Of a stretch of DNA of 64,000 nt, positions 20,505 to 30,141 are shown piece after piece. Source of the DNA: an uncultured Coraliomargarita sp. (GTDB lineage: Bacteria; Verrucomicrobiota; Verrucomicrobiia; Opitutales; Coraliomargaritaceae). Location: NCBI GenBank assembly GCA_964474105.1, contig CAYYSE010000002.1:2032-66031 (forward strand). The letters are read 5' to 3'. A program made the position numbers and the translations under genes. The notes under the pieces are model-generated. The model had not been told where the DNA came from. It searched no databases and was given only the letters and a program-made list of their open reading frames with translations. Each line of letters begins with the position of its first letter. Position 1 is the stretch's first letter.

Positions 20505-22256
20505 ATGGAGGATCGCCGGAGCGTTTGTGGATACATGCTAGCAACACAACAACAGACCTGGTCAGTCGTGGATCTCGGGGGACGCTGGATCAAGTGTGCC
20601 CGCTATGAGCTCCAGCACGGGACTGTGCGCGAGTCGGGCTCGCAGTTGATTGACATTCAGGCGGAAGGCCTGTTGTCCGGGGAGGAAATCGGCACGGCGA
20701 TTGGACGGGTACTGCGTCCGGATGTGGCGCATCCACTGGCGGTGGTCTTGCCCCAGAGCACGGCGGTGTCGCAGATCATGGATTTGCCCGGCCGTCCGGC
20801 GGGGGAACGGCTGGATAAATTTGAAGCGGACATCCTGGAGTTGATCGGTTTGCGCTCGGAGCGCTGCGTTTATGACAGCCACCCGCTCAAGCCTTTCGGC
20901 GGCTACGCGGGTCCGCAATGGATTAGCGTGGCCAAAGAAAAAGAGTTAAGCCGCCAGCTCGCGCCATTGCTCGGACAGGGCCTGCGCATTGAGGCAGTGA
21001 CCACGGTTGGCAACGCGCTGGTGGCGGCATTCACGCAGCTGCATCCCGGGGTGCAAGACGCTTATCTGGTGGATATCGGGGCGACGCAAACCACGCTGGT
21101 GCGGCTCCAGCGCGGCGAGCCGGTGCAGATGACCAGCCTGGCGGGTGGCGGCGAGCGCTGGACGGATGCGCTGGTGGAATCCAGCGGCGAGCCATTTGAA
21201 GATGTTGAAATGCGGCTTTTCGAGGACGATCCTTTCGCAGACCCGGACTATGGCAGGGTCTTGCAGGCGGAGGTGGGCCTCTGGCGCGAGCGGATCGAGC
21301 GGCAAGTTGAGGAATGGCGCGGCGAATTTGGCATGCCGGAGGACAGCAGCAGCGGCAGTCGGGAGATGCACCTGTTTGGCGGCTATGCGGCGCTGCGCGG
21401 GTTGCAGCAGACGCTGGCGGCTGGCGGCGGAGCCACCTGGATATTGCCGCAACCGGACGACGCAGCAGCTGCACCGGTATGGACTCCCGGTTACGGCGCG
21501 GTGTTGATGGCGGCGGGTATCAGCGGGCTGCAGGGTTCGATTCTGCCGCAGGCACTGGCAAAGATGCGACAGCGGCGCTTGAATCTGGAGCGCTTGAAAA
21601 CCGGAGTGCTTTCGGTGTTCGTGGTGCTCGCGGTGGTGCTAACGGCCGCAAGCATACAGCAGCAGCGCCGGGTGAATAGCGTGGCTGCCGCGACGCGCCA
21701 GGCGCAAACGACGCTAGTGGAAGTCAGGGCTGCGGTCGAATTGCTGGAGCAGCGGGATCAATTGGCGGCCCGGATCGAGCCGATTGTGCTGGGGCGGCTG
21801 AAGTCGCTGAATAGCCTGGAAACCTTTCGGAGGATCCAGCTGGTGCAGCAGGAACTCGACTTCAGTCTAATCCGATTTGTGGATCGGGAGACTTATTTTC
21901 AAGGGCTGGTGGCGGCCTCCGACTGGCCCGCAAGTGCTAAATTCAGCAAGTCAGCGGCAACCGACCGGGCAGCCGCCGCGCAGGATCCACAGGCAGCTGC
22001 ACCGCCCCAGGCATTTGTCGTCGAGTTGTCGGTGCCTGGGGAGCAGGCAGAGCAACTTCAAGTGTTGGGCGATATTGCCGGGCGCTTGCGGGAGGACGAC
22101 TATTTCGCAAACGTTGATCGGCTGGTGGGTGGGCGTGAGTCGGCGCTGTCGGCGAAGGGGTTGCCGCAGACAGACGAGGCCTATGCGCTGCTGTTGACCT
22201 TGGCTGATGCCGTTGCACCTGCGCCGCGTCCGGCCCGGAAAGGAGCCGGACGGTGA
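20505..22256 (+). CDS. PilM-PilN fusion / GspL-like assembly platform protein
   Basis: Actin-like motifs VVDLGG and LVDIGATQT, followed by one TM helix (GVLSVFVVLAVVLTAA) and a coiled periplasmic part. Alternative start ATG 20535. Confidence 0.6.
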   Translation: MEDRRSVCGYMLATQQQTWSVVDLGGRWIKCARYELQHGTVRESGSQLIDIQAEGLLSGEEIGTAIGRVLRPDVAHPLAVVLPQSTAVSQIMDLPGRPAGERLDKFEADILELIGLRSERCVYDSHPLKPFGGYAGPQWISVAKEKELSRQLAPLLGQGLRIEAVTTVGNALVAAFTQLHPGVQDAYLVDIGATQTTLVRLQRGEPVQMTSLAGGGERWTDALVESSGEPFEDVEMRLFEDDPFADPDYGRVLQAEVGLWRERIERQVEEWRGEFGMPEDSSSGSREMHLFGGYAALRGLQQTLAAGGGATWILPQPDDAAAAPVWTPGYGAVLMAAGISGLQGSILPQALAKMRQRRLNLERLKTGVLSVFVVLAVVLTAASIQQQRRVNSVAAATRQAQTTLVEVRAAVELLEQRDQLAARIEPIVLGRLKSLNSLETFRRIQLVQQELDFSLIRFVDRETYFQGLVAASDWPASAKFSKSAATDRAAAAQDPQAAAPPQAFVVELSVPGEQAEQLQVLGDIAGRLREDDYFANVDRLVGGRESALSAKGLPQTDEAYALLLTLADAVAPAPRPARKGAGR

Positions 22257-23080
22257 GGCCGGGTAACGGCTTGGCTGCGGCAGCAGGCCGCCCGGGTGGC
22301 TACGCCCGCTGGTTCAGGACTGCCATGATGCTGGTGCTGGGCATCTATAGCCTGAGCATCTATCTTTTGTTCTTTCGACCGGCGACCCGTGGAATGACCG
22401 AGCTGGAAAGCGATCTACTGGATGCCCACCAGCAAATTGCAGCCACCGGTTTCGGATACTCCGAAAACCCCGGCGAGGCGCTCAAATATGTGCGCTCAAA
22501 GCTCGAACGGGTGCGCCAGCTGGCCGGGCGACTTTCCGCGCAGATCACCTTCCACCCGGAGATGGATTATCTGCTCAGCTCGCCTTTTCGGGTATTGGAG
22601 TTTGAGCAGCGGCGCTTCGATATTCAGCAAAGTTTAACCCAGCTGGCGCGCGCACACGGGGCAAGTTTACCGGCGGATTTGTTTGCCGGCTTACCGGCTT
22701 ATGATGCAGCCACAGATCGGCCGGAGCTGCTGTGGCTGCACCTGGAGTTTTTCAACCACGTGATGACAGCACTGCTGTCGAGTGGACAGAATTTGCAAGT
22801 CGAGCAAATCGAGGCACTGCCGTTGCGACTCCTCGGCGCGACATCTGTATCGGAAGGCACTCTCTTCCAGCTGCAGCTCCACCTGAAGGTGCAGGGCTCA
22901 GCTGCTGCGCTGGCGGTGTTTCTCAACGCTTCTCTGCCCGGTGCGGAGCAAACGGAGAACTCGTTGGGTGAAAAAGCTTACAGCATTGATCGACTAGACC
23001 TTCAGCGCGCCGACGATCCGGAGCAGGTGATACTCGACACCCGGCTGACCGGATTCATAGTTAGCGACCAAGTTTTCTGA
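22253..23080 (+). CDS. PilO/GspM-like inner-membrane protein
   Basis: GTGA overlap with the upstream gene; N-terminal TM, coiled coil, C-terminal ferredoxin-like alpha/beta segment; position in the cluster. Confidence 0.5.
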   Translation: MRPGNGLAAAAGRPGGYARWFRTAMMLVLGIYSLSIYLLFFRPATRGMTELESDLLDAHQQIAATGFGYSENPGEALKYVRSKLERVRQLAGRLSAQITFHPEMDYLLSSPFRVLEFEQRRFDIQQSLTQLARAHGASLPADLFAGLPAYDAATDRPELLWLHLEFFNHVMTALLSSGQNLQVEQIEALPLRLLGATSVSEGTLFQLQLHLKVQGSAAALAVFLNASLPGAEQTENSLGEKAYSIDRLDLQRADDPEQVILDTRLTGFIVSDQVF

Positions 23081-23637
23081 TGGAAATGCCCGCGCGAGTG
23101 ACTGTGTTGAACTTACTGGCAATCTGCTTTGCCGGCGGCTTGCTGGTTGTGGTGCTGGTTGATTTAGTCCGTCCGCAGGAGGCGGATGCCGAGCCCGCGT
23201 CCGAAGACGTTCCCAAGTTGCAGGGCAACTGGTTTTCGCCGCGCAGCTTCGCCTTGTTGGGCAGAGGGCAGTCGCGTCTTGCCGGGATTGATGTGGAACA
23301 GAATCCCTTTGTGGACCCGGTGGCCGTGGCCAAAGCGATGGAGCCGGCGGCAGCACCGGTCGTCGCAGCCAAGCCCGAGCCGGTGGCACCCCCGCCGCCC
23401 GTGACGCGCAAAATTTCGCTGGTCTATCGGGGCTTCTACCGGTCCAGCAGCGGCGCAGCTTTTGTTTACATCGAAGTGGACAATGTCACCGGGCTGTATC
23501 CGGTCGGCACGGAGTTGGTAGCGAACTGGACGATCGCCGCAGTCCAGGGCAATGAGTTGATTCTGGAACAGGATGCCGCGCCGCGCCGCGCCTTTCCCTT
23601 CAACCAGAAAAAAAGTCTCGAAGTGCCGCTGAAATAG
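23080..23637 (+). CDS. PilP/GspC-like protein
   Basis: TGATG overlap; N-terminal TM, Pro/Ala linker, then a small beta domain (LVYRGFYRSSSG...WTIAAVQGNELIL). Confidence 0.45.
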   Translation: MEMPARVTVLNLLAICFAGGLLVVVLVDLVRPQEADAEPASEDVPKLQGNWFSPRSFALLGRGQSRLAGIDVEQNPFVDPVAVAKAMEPAAAPVVAAKPEPVAPPPPVTRKISLVYRGFYRSSSGAAFVYIEVDNVTGLYPVGTELVANWTIAAVQGNELILEQDAAPRRAFPFNQKKSLEVPLK

Positions 23638-23655
23638 CCGCCATAGTAACCGGGA

Positions 23656-25443
23656 ATGCCGCACGCCCCGCAAAAAAAATCACATGATATTGGCAGTGCC
23701 CTGTTGGCTCAGGGAGTGCTGAGTGCGCGTCAACTGGAGCTGGCGCGGCGCCGGGCCAACCGCCAGAGTCTGCCTTTACACCGCGCCATTATCGAGTTGA
23801 ACCTGGCATCCGAGCAGGAAACCTATCGTGCGCTGGCACCCTTGCACGGGCTGGCCTACCGGGAAATTGAGGGCCTGCCGGTGCCGCCGCAGGTGCGCGA
23901 GCGCGTGCCGGTTAAGATCGTGCTGCGTTACACGGTCTTTCCGGTCGAGGAGCAGGAGGGCTTATTGACGCTGGCATTTGCAGATCCGCCGACTGCGGCG
24001 ATGCTCTCGAATCTACGGCTGGCGCTGGGGCAGCGGCTGCGGGCGGTGCTGGCAACGCCAAGCGAGATCCGGGCCGGGATCGAGCGCTTTTACGGTCTGG
24101 GGGCGGAGACGATCCAGCAGCTGCGCGAAGACCGGGGGCTGCCCGCATCGGAGGAAGCCCTGACCTTTGAGCACAGCCAGGATCAGGAAGAACCTCAGCC
24201 GGGCGGGGATGATGCCTCGATTTCCAAATTCGTGACCCAAATCCTGCACGAGGCGCTGCGCCTCGGTGCGACCGACATCCACATGGAGCCGTATGAAGAC
24301 CGGATACGGCTGCGCTACCGCATCGACGGAATCCTGCAGGACATCCCGGTGCCGTCCGGTTTGCAGGAGCTCTACGGCGCGATCGTTTCGCGGCTCAAGG
24401 TGATGGCCGGCTTGAATATCGCCGAGCGCCGGCTGCCCCACGATGGCCGGATTGCGATGAAGCGGGGCAGTCGCCGCTATGATTTGCGGGTATCGATCCT
24501 GCCCACCCGCCTGGGTGAATCCGTCTGCCTGCGCGTCCTCAGTCGCGACGACCTGAGCCTCGAATTTGAGCGGCTGGGTATGCCGCCCGGAGAGCAGGAG
24601 TCGATCCAGGCAGTAATGGGGCTCAGCCAGGGGATGATGTTGCTGACCGGACCGACCGGTAGCGGCAAAACGACCACGCTCTACACCGCGCTGCAACATT
24701 CACGCGATGAGGGGCGCAAAATCATTACCGTGGAGGACCCGGTGGAGTATCAGATGGGTGGAGTCTCGCAGATGCAGGTGCGCCCGGATATCGGGCTGAC
24801 TTTTTCCTCCGGGCTGCGCTCGATTCTCCGGCATGATCCGGACGTGGTGTTGATCGGCGAAATCCGCGACCAGGAGACGGCGGAAATTGCGATTCGCGCC
24901 GCGCAGACCGGGCACCTGGTGCTTTCGACCCTGCACACCAATGATAGCCCGAGTGCAGTGATCCGCTTGATTGATATGGGGATCGAGCCCTTTCTCGTCG
25001 CGTCCTCGCTGATCTGCAGTATCGCCCAGCGGCTGGTGCGGCTGAACTGCCGCAACTGCGCACGCGAGGAGACGCTGGAGGATCCGGTGCTGCGGGCAGA
25101 AATGGCGGCCGCACTCAAACTGCAGCCAGCGGAAGTGCGATCAATGCGTGGTGCGGGCTGTGTCGAATGCGGCGGGCGCGGTTACCGCGGGCGGGAGGCG
25201 ATCTACGAGTTTTTCTATTTAAGCGACCGGATGACTGACCTGATTCAGCCCGGATTGACCTTGGCCAAGCTGCGGGAAATGGCCCGTTCCGAGGGCTGGC
25301 GGCCGCTGCGCGAGGTGGGCTGGGAAAAAGTCGCGGCAGGCATCACCTCGGTCGAGGAGCACCAGCGGGTGACCCGGCGGGCGGAGCATCTCGTGCGGCA
25401 TGGCGCGGCACAGTCCGATATTTCGCAAGTTAAACTCGTCTAA
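23656..25443 (+). CDS. PilB/GspE-family assembly ATPase
   Basis: MshEN-like N-terminus, ATDIHMEP, ERRLPHDG, Walker A GPTGSGKTT, TVEDPVEY, DPDVVLIGEIRD, TGHLVLSTLHTN and Zn knuckle CRNC...CVEC. Confidence 0.9.
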   Translation: MPHAPQKKSHDIGSALLAQGVLSARQLELARRRANRQSLPLHRAIIELNLASEQETYRALAPLHGLAYREIEGLPVPPQVRERVPVKIVLRYTVFPVEEQEGLLTLAFADPPTAAMLSNLRLALGQRLRAVLATPSEIRAGIERFYGLGAETIQQLREDRGLPASEEALTFEHSQDQEEPQPGGDDASISKFVTQILHEALRLGATDIHMEPYEDRIRLRYRIDGILQDIPVPSGLQELYGAIVSRLKVMAGLNIAERRLPHDGRIAMKRGSRRYDLRVSILPTRLGESVCLRVLSRDDLSLEFERLGMPPGEQESIQAVMGLSQGMMLLTGPTGSGKTTTLYTALQHSRDEGRKIITVEDPVEYQMGGVSQMQVRPDIGLTFSSGLRSILRHDPDVVLIGEIRDQETAEIAIRAAQTGHLVLSTLHTNDSPSAVIRLIDMGIEPFLVASSLICSIAQRLVRLNCRNCAREETLEDPVLRAEMAAALKLQPAEVRSMRGAGCVECGGRGYRGREAIYEFFYLSDRMTDLIQPGLTLAKLREMARSEGWRPLREVGWEKVAAGITSVEEHQRVTRRAEHLVRHGAAQSDISQVKLV

Positions 25444-25482
25444 TTCATTGACATTCAAAATCATTGGACCAACAAAAAGGGC

Positions 25483-26505
25483 GTGTTCGGCTTTCTCTCT
25501 AATGATATCGGTATCGACCTGGGAACCGCAAATACGCTCGTATTTGCGAAGGAAAAGGGTATCGTCCTGCGCGAGCCCAGTGTGGTCGCGATCTATACTT
25601 CGACCAAAAAGGTCTGCGCGGTGGGCTCGGATGCGAAGAAGATGCTGGGCCGCACGCCCGGTAACATCACCGCCATCCGCCCGATGAAGGACGGCGTTAT
25701 CGCCGATTTCGAGATCACCGAGGCGATGCTGCGCTACTTTATCAACAAGGTGAACCGCAAGAAGACCTTCGTAGCGCCGCGTATTGTGGTGGCGGTTCCC
25801 TCCGGGATCACCGAGGTGGAGCGCCGCGCGGTTAAGGATTCTGCGATCCGGGCTGGTGCCCGCGACGTGGTCCTGCTGGAAGAGCCGATGGCGGCGGCCA
25901 TCGGGGTGGGCCTGCCGATTGATGAACCGGCTGCCAACATGATTGTGGACATCGGTGGCGGCACCACCGAGGTGGCGATCATTTCCCTGGCGGGTGTGGT
26001 TTATACCAAAAGTATCCGGGTGGGTGGCGATGAGATCGACAGTTCGATCGTCAATTACATGAAACGGGCCTATAATTTAATGATCGGGGAACGCACCGCC
26101 GAGGAGATCAAGATCCGGATTGGCTCCGCCTTTCCGCTGGAAGAGGAAATCTCGATGGAGGTGCGCGGCCGAGACTCTGTCGCCGGGCTGCCCAAGACGA
26201 TTACCATTACCTCGCAGGAGATCCGCGAAGCGCTGTCGGATACGATTCAAGCGATTGGCGATCTGGTGCGCAACGCGCTGGAGCGCTGCCCGCCCGAGCT
26301 GTCTGCCGACCTGGTGGACCGGGGATTTTTCCTGGCCGGTGGTGGTGCGATGATCAAGGGCCTCGACCAAATGCTGAGCGATACAACCGGGCTGCCGGTC
26401 ATCATTGCCGACGATCCGCTCAGCGCGGTGGCGAACGGCACCGGCATGGTGCTCCACGAACTGGCCTTTTTGCTCAAGGACCTGACCGGGGCTCCTAAAA
26501 ACTAA
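25483..26505 (+). CDS. mreB: Rod shape-determining protein MreB
   Basis: DIGIDLGTANTL, RPMKDGVIADF, VDIGGGTTEVA and LAGGGA. Confidence 0.97.
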   Translation: MFGFLSNDIGIDLGTANTLVFAKEKGIVLREPSVVAIYTSTKKVCAVGSDAKKMLGRTPGNITAIRPMKDGVIADFEITEAMLRYFINKVNRKKTFVAPRIVVAVPSGITEVERRAVKDSAIRAGARDVVLLEEPMAAAIGVGLPIDEPAANMIVDIGGGTTEVAIISLAGVVYTKSIRVGGDEIDSSIVNYMKRAYNLMIGERTAEEIKIRIGSAFPLEEEISMEVRGRDSVAGLPKTITITSQEIREALSDTIQAIGDLVRNALERCPPELSADLVDRGFFLAGGGAMIKGLDQMLSDTTGLPVIIADDPLSAVANGTGMVLHELAFLLKDLTGAPKN

Positions 26506-26514
26506 TTCTGCGAC

Positions 26515-27366
26515 GTGGCGAAACTACGCCTCGATAAGTATAAGCCGTTAGTCGCCCTGGGCGTCTTTCTCCTGGCGTGGTGGATTGTGCCGGTCGGGGT
26601 GAAGGTTTTTTTAAAAGCCGGGTTCACCGAGTTTCAGGCACCGGCCTGGGTGGCCAATTCCTATCTGGAGGATCTGGAAGGCTTCTGGGGGCGGCGGATG
26701 CACTCCAAGCGCGAGCTGGAAATCGCCGGTCAGGAAATTGCCCGCGCAAAGTCCTATTATCAGTTTAACGCACAGCGGGCGGAAACACTGCAGGCGGAAA
26801 TCAGCCGCCTGGAGTCTTTGTTGGATCTCCCCAGCCGCCGGGAATACCGCTACGAAGTGGCGCGGGTGATCCGCCGTGATGTGAACGCCTGGTGGCAACA
26901 CCTTATTTTGCGCAAGGGCCGCGACCACGCGATCCCCGCAGGCGCGGCGGTGGTCTTCGCCGGTGGTGTGGTGGGGCGGGTGGTCGAAGTCAATGCCTTC
27001 ACCAGCCGGGTGGAGTTGATTACGAGTCCGAATTTCCGCATGGCGGCACAGTTTGAGGGGGATCCGCGGCCGGTGGTTTACCAGGGGCTGCCGCAGTCCG
27101 GCTTTGGTGACCCGGTGGGGCGGGTGAGCGATGCGCCGCAGGATTTGGTGGTCACTACCCAGGAGCCGCTCCGGCTGGTATCGACCCATCTGGGCGGAAC
27201 CTTTCCCCCCGGCCTGGCGATCGGTCAGGTGACCTGGCTGGAGCCGGGCGTGACGGGGATCTTTCAAACCGGTCAGGTCTTGCTGGACCCGGATTTGCTG
27301 AGTCTGCACGAAGTGGCCGTCCTGATCCCGTTGAACCCGCTTGAGGTGGAGAGTCATGCTCCTTGA
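26515..27366 (+). CDS. mreC: Rod shape-determining protein MreC
   Basis: N-terminal TM, coiled coil, LILRKGRDHAI...GVVGRVV, and FPPGLAIGQV; directly follows mreB. Confidence 0.88.
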   Translation: MAKLRLDKYKPLVALGVFLLAWWIVPVGVKVFLKAGFTEFQAPAWVANSYLEDLEGFWGRRMHSKRELEIAGQEIARAKSYYQFNAQRAETLQAEISRLESLLDLPSRREYRYEVARVIRRDVNAWWQHLILRKGRDHAIPAGAAVVFAGGVVGRVVEVNAFTSRVELITSPNFRMAAQFEGDPRPVVYQGLPQSGFGDPVGRVSDAPQDLVVTTQEPLRLVSTHLGGTFPPGLAIGQVTWLEPGVTGIFQTGQVLLDPDLLSLHEVAVLIPLNPLEVESHAP

Positions 27367-27886
27367 TCCGCGTGCAATTGTCCTGTTCGGTGCGAACGTG
27401 CTCCTGATTTACCTGAGTCAACTGGTGAACTCGGCTCTCTCGGCGTGGCCGGTTTATTTCTTGTTGCTGGGGCCGCTGGTGGTCCTGCCGGCGCTCTACC
27501 TGCGGCATCAATCCTATTTTATCTGCACCCTGTTGACCGGGCTGTGGCTGGATGCCGTGCTGCGCGCACCGTTCGGATTTTTTACCGGCTTACTGCTGCT
27601 GGCGGGCGCCGCCATTTTTTTCCTGCGGAGCCGCTTTCGTCCGGAGCACAACTATCATCCCCTGCTGCTGGGGCATCTGGTCAACTTGTGGCTGATCGTG
27701 GCACTGACGCTGGCGCTGGGGCGTCCGCATTTTGGCGTAGCAAGTTTTTGGATACAGGTGCTGACGACCCTGTGCGCCTCCCATCTGGCACTGCTGGTGG
27801 TGGCGCCCTGGTTTTACCAGCTGGAGCGGCTGCTTTTTGAGATTTGCCAGCTGGAAACAGAGCCGGAGGATCTGCCCTTGTTATGA
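27356..27886 (+). CDS. mreD: MreD-like membrane protein
   Basis: About 176 aa with ~5 TMs and a GLWLD....PFG motif; sits between mreC and mrdA and overlaps both. Confidence 0.65.
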   Translation: MLLDPRAIVLFGANVLLIYLSQLVNSALSAWPVYFLLLGPLVVLPALYLRHQSYFICTLLTGLWLDAVLRAPFGFFTGLLLLAGAAIFFLRSRFRPEHNYHPLLLGHLVNLWLIVALTLALGRPHFGVASFWIQVLTTLCASHLALLVVAPWFYQLERLLFEICQLETEPEDLPLL

Positions 27887-29835
27887 GCCAGTTCGATGTG
27901 CACCGGGGCGATAACCCGCGCATTCTGTTTTTGTTCTGGATCATCATAGCGGCGGGGCTGGTGCTGCTGGCGGGGCTGGGCTGGCGCCAATTGGTCGCCA
28001 GTAGAAAGTATGAGGAGATCGAGAAGCGGCAGACCGAGCGACGCATCCTGATGCCCGGTCCGCGTGGGAATATCTATGACCGCAAGGGCAACCTGCTGGT
28101 GGGCAACCGCGCCCATTATTCTGCGGTAGTGTATCTGGATGATTTACGGGCGGAGTTCCGGCAGGAGTATTCTGCGATCATTCGGGCGGAGCGGGCCCGG
28201 CTGTGGGAGAGCTATGAGGCAACGCCGCCAGCACAGCAGCTGGATCAGCCGCCACTGCCCGACTACCACCAGTTGCAGTGGGTCGCCCGGCAGAATGTGA
28301 TCCAGCGCTACATTGATGAAATCAACCGCATCACCGGGCGTGATGATCGCGTATCCTCCAGCAGGATTATCCGGCACTTCAATGAACAGCTGTTGCTCCC
28401 GCTGCCGCTGGTTGAGGATCTGAGTCCGGATCAGTATGCCCGCCTGGTGGAGCAGGTGCCAGTGGATTCGCCGATAAAAGTCCATACCGGGACGGCCCGT
28501 TATTATCCTTACGCATCCGCCGCCGCACACGCGCTGGGCTACGTGCAGAGCGTCAACCCCGATCCGGCGGAGTTTCCCGATGACGGAATCAAGACCTTCA
28601 CCTTTAAAAAACAGATCGGCAAAACCGGCCTGGAGCGGAGTTTTAACGAGCTGCTCTCCGGAAGTGCCGGGACCGAGATGTGGCGGGTGGATCCGCTCGG
28701 GTTTCAGGACACACGGCTCGACATGGTGGCCCCGCAGCAGGGAGGCGATCTCATCACCAGCCTCGATATCGACCTGCAGCGCGTGGCAGAAACCGCGCTG
28801 GGCGAGCGAAAAGGAGCGGCGATTGCAATTGATGTGCAGACCGGGGAGCTGTTGGCTCTGGCCAGTCATCCGACTTACGACCTGAACGAACTCAGCCCGT
28901 TTATCCCGCGCACAACCTTTGACGCCATCAACGAACAGGGTGCCTGGTTGGACCGCACCGTGCAGCTCTCCTATCCGCCGGGCTCGACCTTTAAGTTGCT
29001 CACTACAATCGCCGGGATGCGGGCCGGCACCATCGGGCCGGAGACGCGCCACAACTGCCGCGGGGTTTACCGGGTCGGCAACCGGATTTTCCGCTGTCAT
29101 GCCCGTTATGGTCACGGCGAAGTCGATACTGTGGCCGCGATCGAAGGCAGCTGCAACGTGTATTACTATACCGAAGGACTGCGCATGGGTATCGACGTGC
29201 TGAGTGCCGAGGCCAAGCGTTTCGGACTAAACGAAAAGACGGGCATCGAGCTGCCCTTTGAAACCAGTCGCATCGTGGTGCCCGGCAAGGCCTGGAAACG
29301 TGAACAGATCGGTGTGGGCTGGGTGCCGGGAGATACCGCCAACACCGCCATTGGACAGGGTTTTCTGTTGGTGACCCCGTTGCAGATGGCGACTTTTATG
29401 GCCTCGCTGGCACGCGGCGAGACCCGCACCCGCCCCACCTTGCGCGCGCTGTCGGCAGAAGAAGCCGGGGCGGTGGATCATGGCGGTGAAGCGATCGGCT
29501 TGGATGCAGATGAATGGCGTATGATCTGGACCGGAATGGAACGGGTCGTGGGGCCCGATGGCACCGGGCGGCTGGTGCAGATCGAGGGCCTGCGCATCGC
29601 TGGAAAAACCGGCACTGCGGACTTCCGGGCGCATGGTCAGGAGGTCAATCTCGCCTGGTTTATCGGGTGCGCCCCGATTGACAATCCGCAGATTGCGGTT
29701 GCCGTGATGATTGAAGGTGCGAGCGCCACCGACAGCTTTCACGGTGGCTCCACGGCCGGACCGGTGGCCAAAGACATCTTCCTGGAATTTATCCGGCAAT
29801 ACCCCGAACGGGCGGGATTCCCCGCCGGGCAATAA
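27883..29835 (+). CDS. mrdA: Penicillin-binding protein 2 (class B transpeptidase)
   Basis: ATGA overlap with mreD; [21 protein letters not shown]; catalytic motifs PGSTFK, GSCN and GKTGT. Confidence 0.93.
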   Translation: MSQFDVHRGDNPRILFLFWIIIAAGLVLLAGLGWRQLVASRKYEEIEKRQTERRILMPGPRGNIYDRKGNLLVGNRAHYSAVVYLDDLRAEFRQEYSAIIRAERARLWESYEATPPAQQLDQPPLPDYHQLQWVARQNVIQRYIDEINRITGRDDRVSSSRIIRHFNEQLLLPLPLVEDLSPDQYARLVEQVPVDSPIKVHTGTARYYPYASAAAHALGYVQSVNPDPAEFPDDGIKTFTFKKQIGKTGLERSFNELLSGSAGTEMWRVDPLGFQDTRLDMVAPQQGGDLITSLDIDLQRVAETALGERKGAAIAIDVQTGELLALASHPTYDLNELSPFIPRTTFDAINEQGAWLDRTVQLSYPPGSTFKLLTTIAGMRAGTIGPETRHNCRGVYRVGNRIFRCHARYGHGEVDTVAAIEGSCNVYYYTEGLRMGIDVLSAEAKRFGLNEKTGIELPFETSRIVVPGKAWKREQIGVGWVPGDTANTAIGQGFLLVTPLQMATFMASLARGETRTRPTLRALSAEEAGAVDHGGEAIGLDADEWRMIWTGMERVVGPDGTGRLVQIEGLRIAGKTGTADFRAHGQEVNLAWFIGCAPIDNPQIAVAVMIEGASATDSFHGGSTAGPVAKDIFLEFIRQYPERAGFPAGQ

Positions 29836-29837
29836 AA

Positions 29838-30026
29838 GCAATTTTAAGTGTGGGCTAATCTTTATTACATTCAGGTAGCGCAGGTGCGTCCCCGCACCGC
29901 AGGAGCGTTCGTAGAGCCAAGCCTCCAAGACCAGACCCCAACACTTCCAGAACACCACAGCCGCAAGGTGCGCCGCGGGACGCGGCCGCGCTACCCGAAT
30001 AAAGCTTAGCCCGCACTTAAAATTGC
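29838..30026. mobile_element. REP-doublet (REPIN/MITE-like) element, copy 2, with 29-bp inverted arms
   Basis: GCAATTTTAAGTGTGGGCTAATCTTTATT (29838-29866) and AATAAAGCTTAGCCCGCACTTAAAATTGC (29998-30026) are inverted repeats at 27/29 identity. Inside are two inverted GTAG-footed hairpins at 29874-29903 and 29969-29996. Confidence 0.85.
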
Positions 30027-30141
30027 ATGGCACCGGGCGGTAAACGCACTATCCATTTGACGGCATTGCAGTCCTTGCCAGCATTTACGGGATTCGCGCC
30101 GCTATTGCGGCTATTTCCCCCACGGTCATAATCATCGCACT

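Noticed and set aside
11709-30070. Isolated TTGACA/TTGACG hexamers (11709, 16006, 25448, about 30057) as promoters
   Set aside because: No convincing -10 at 16-18 bp spacing, so they were not called as features.
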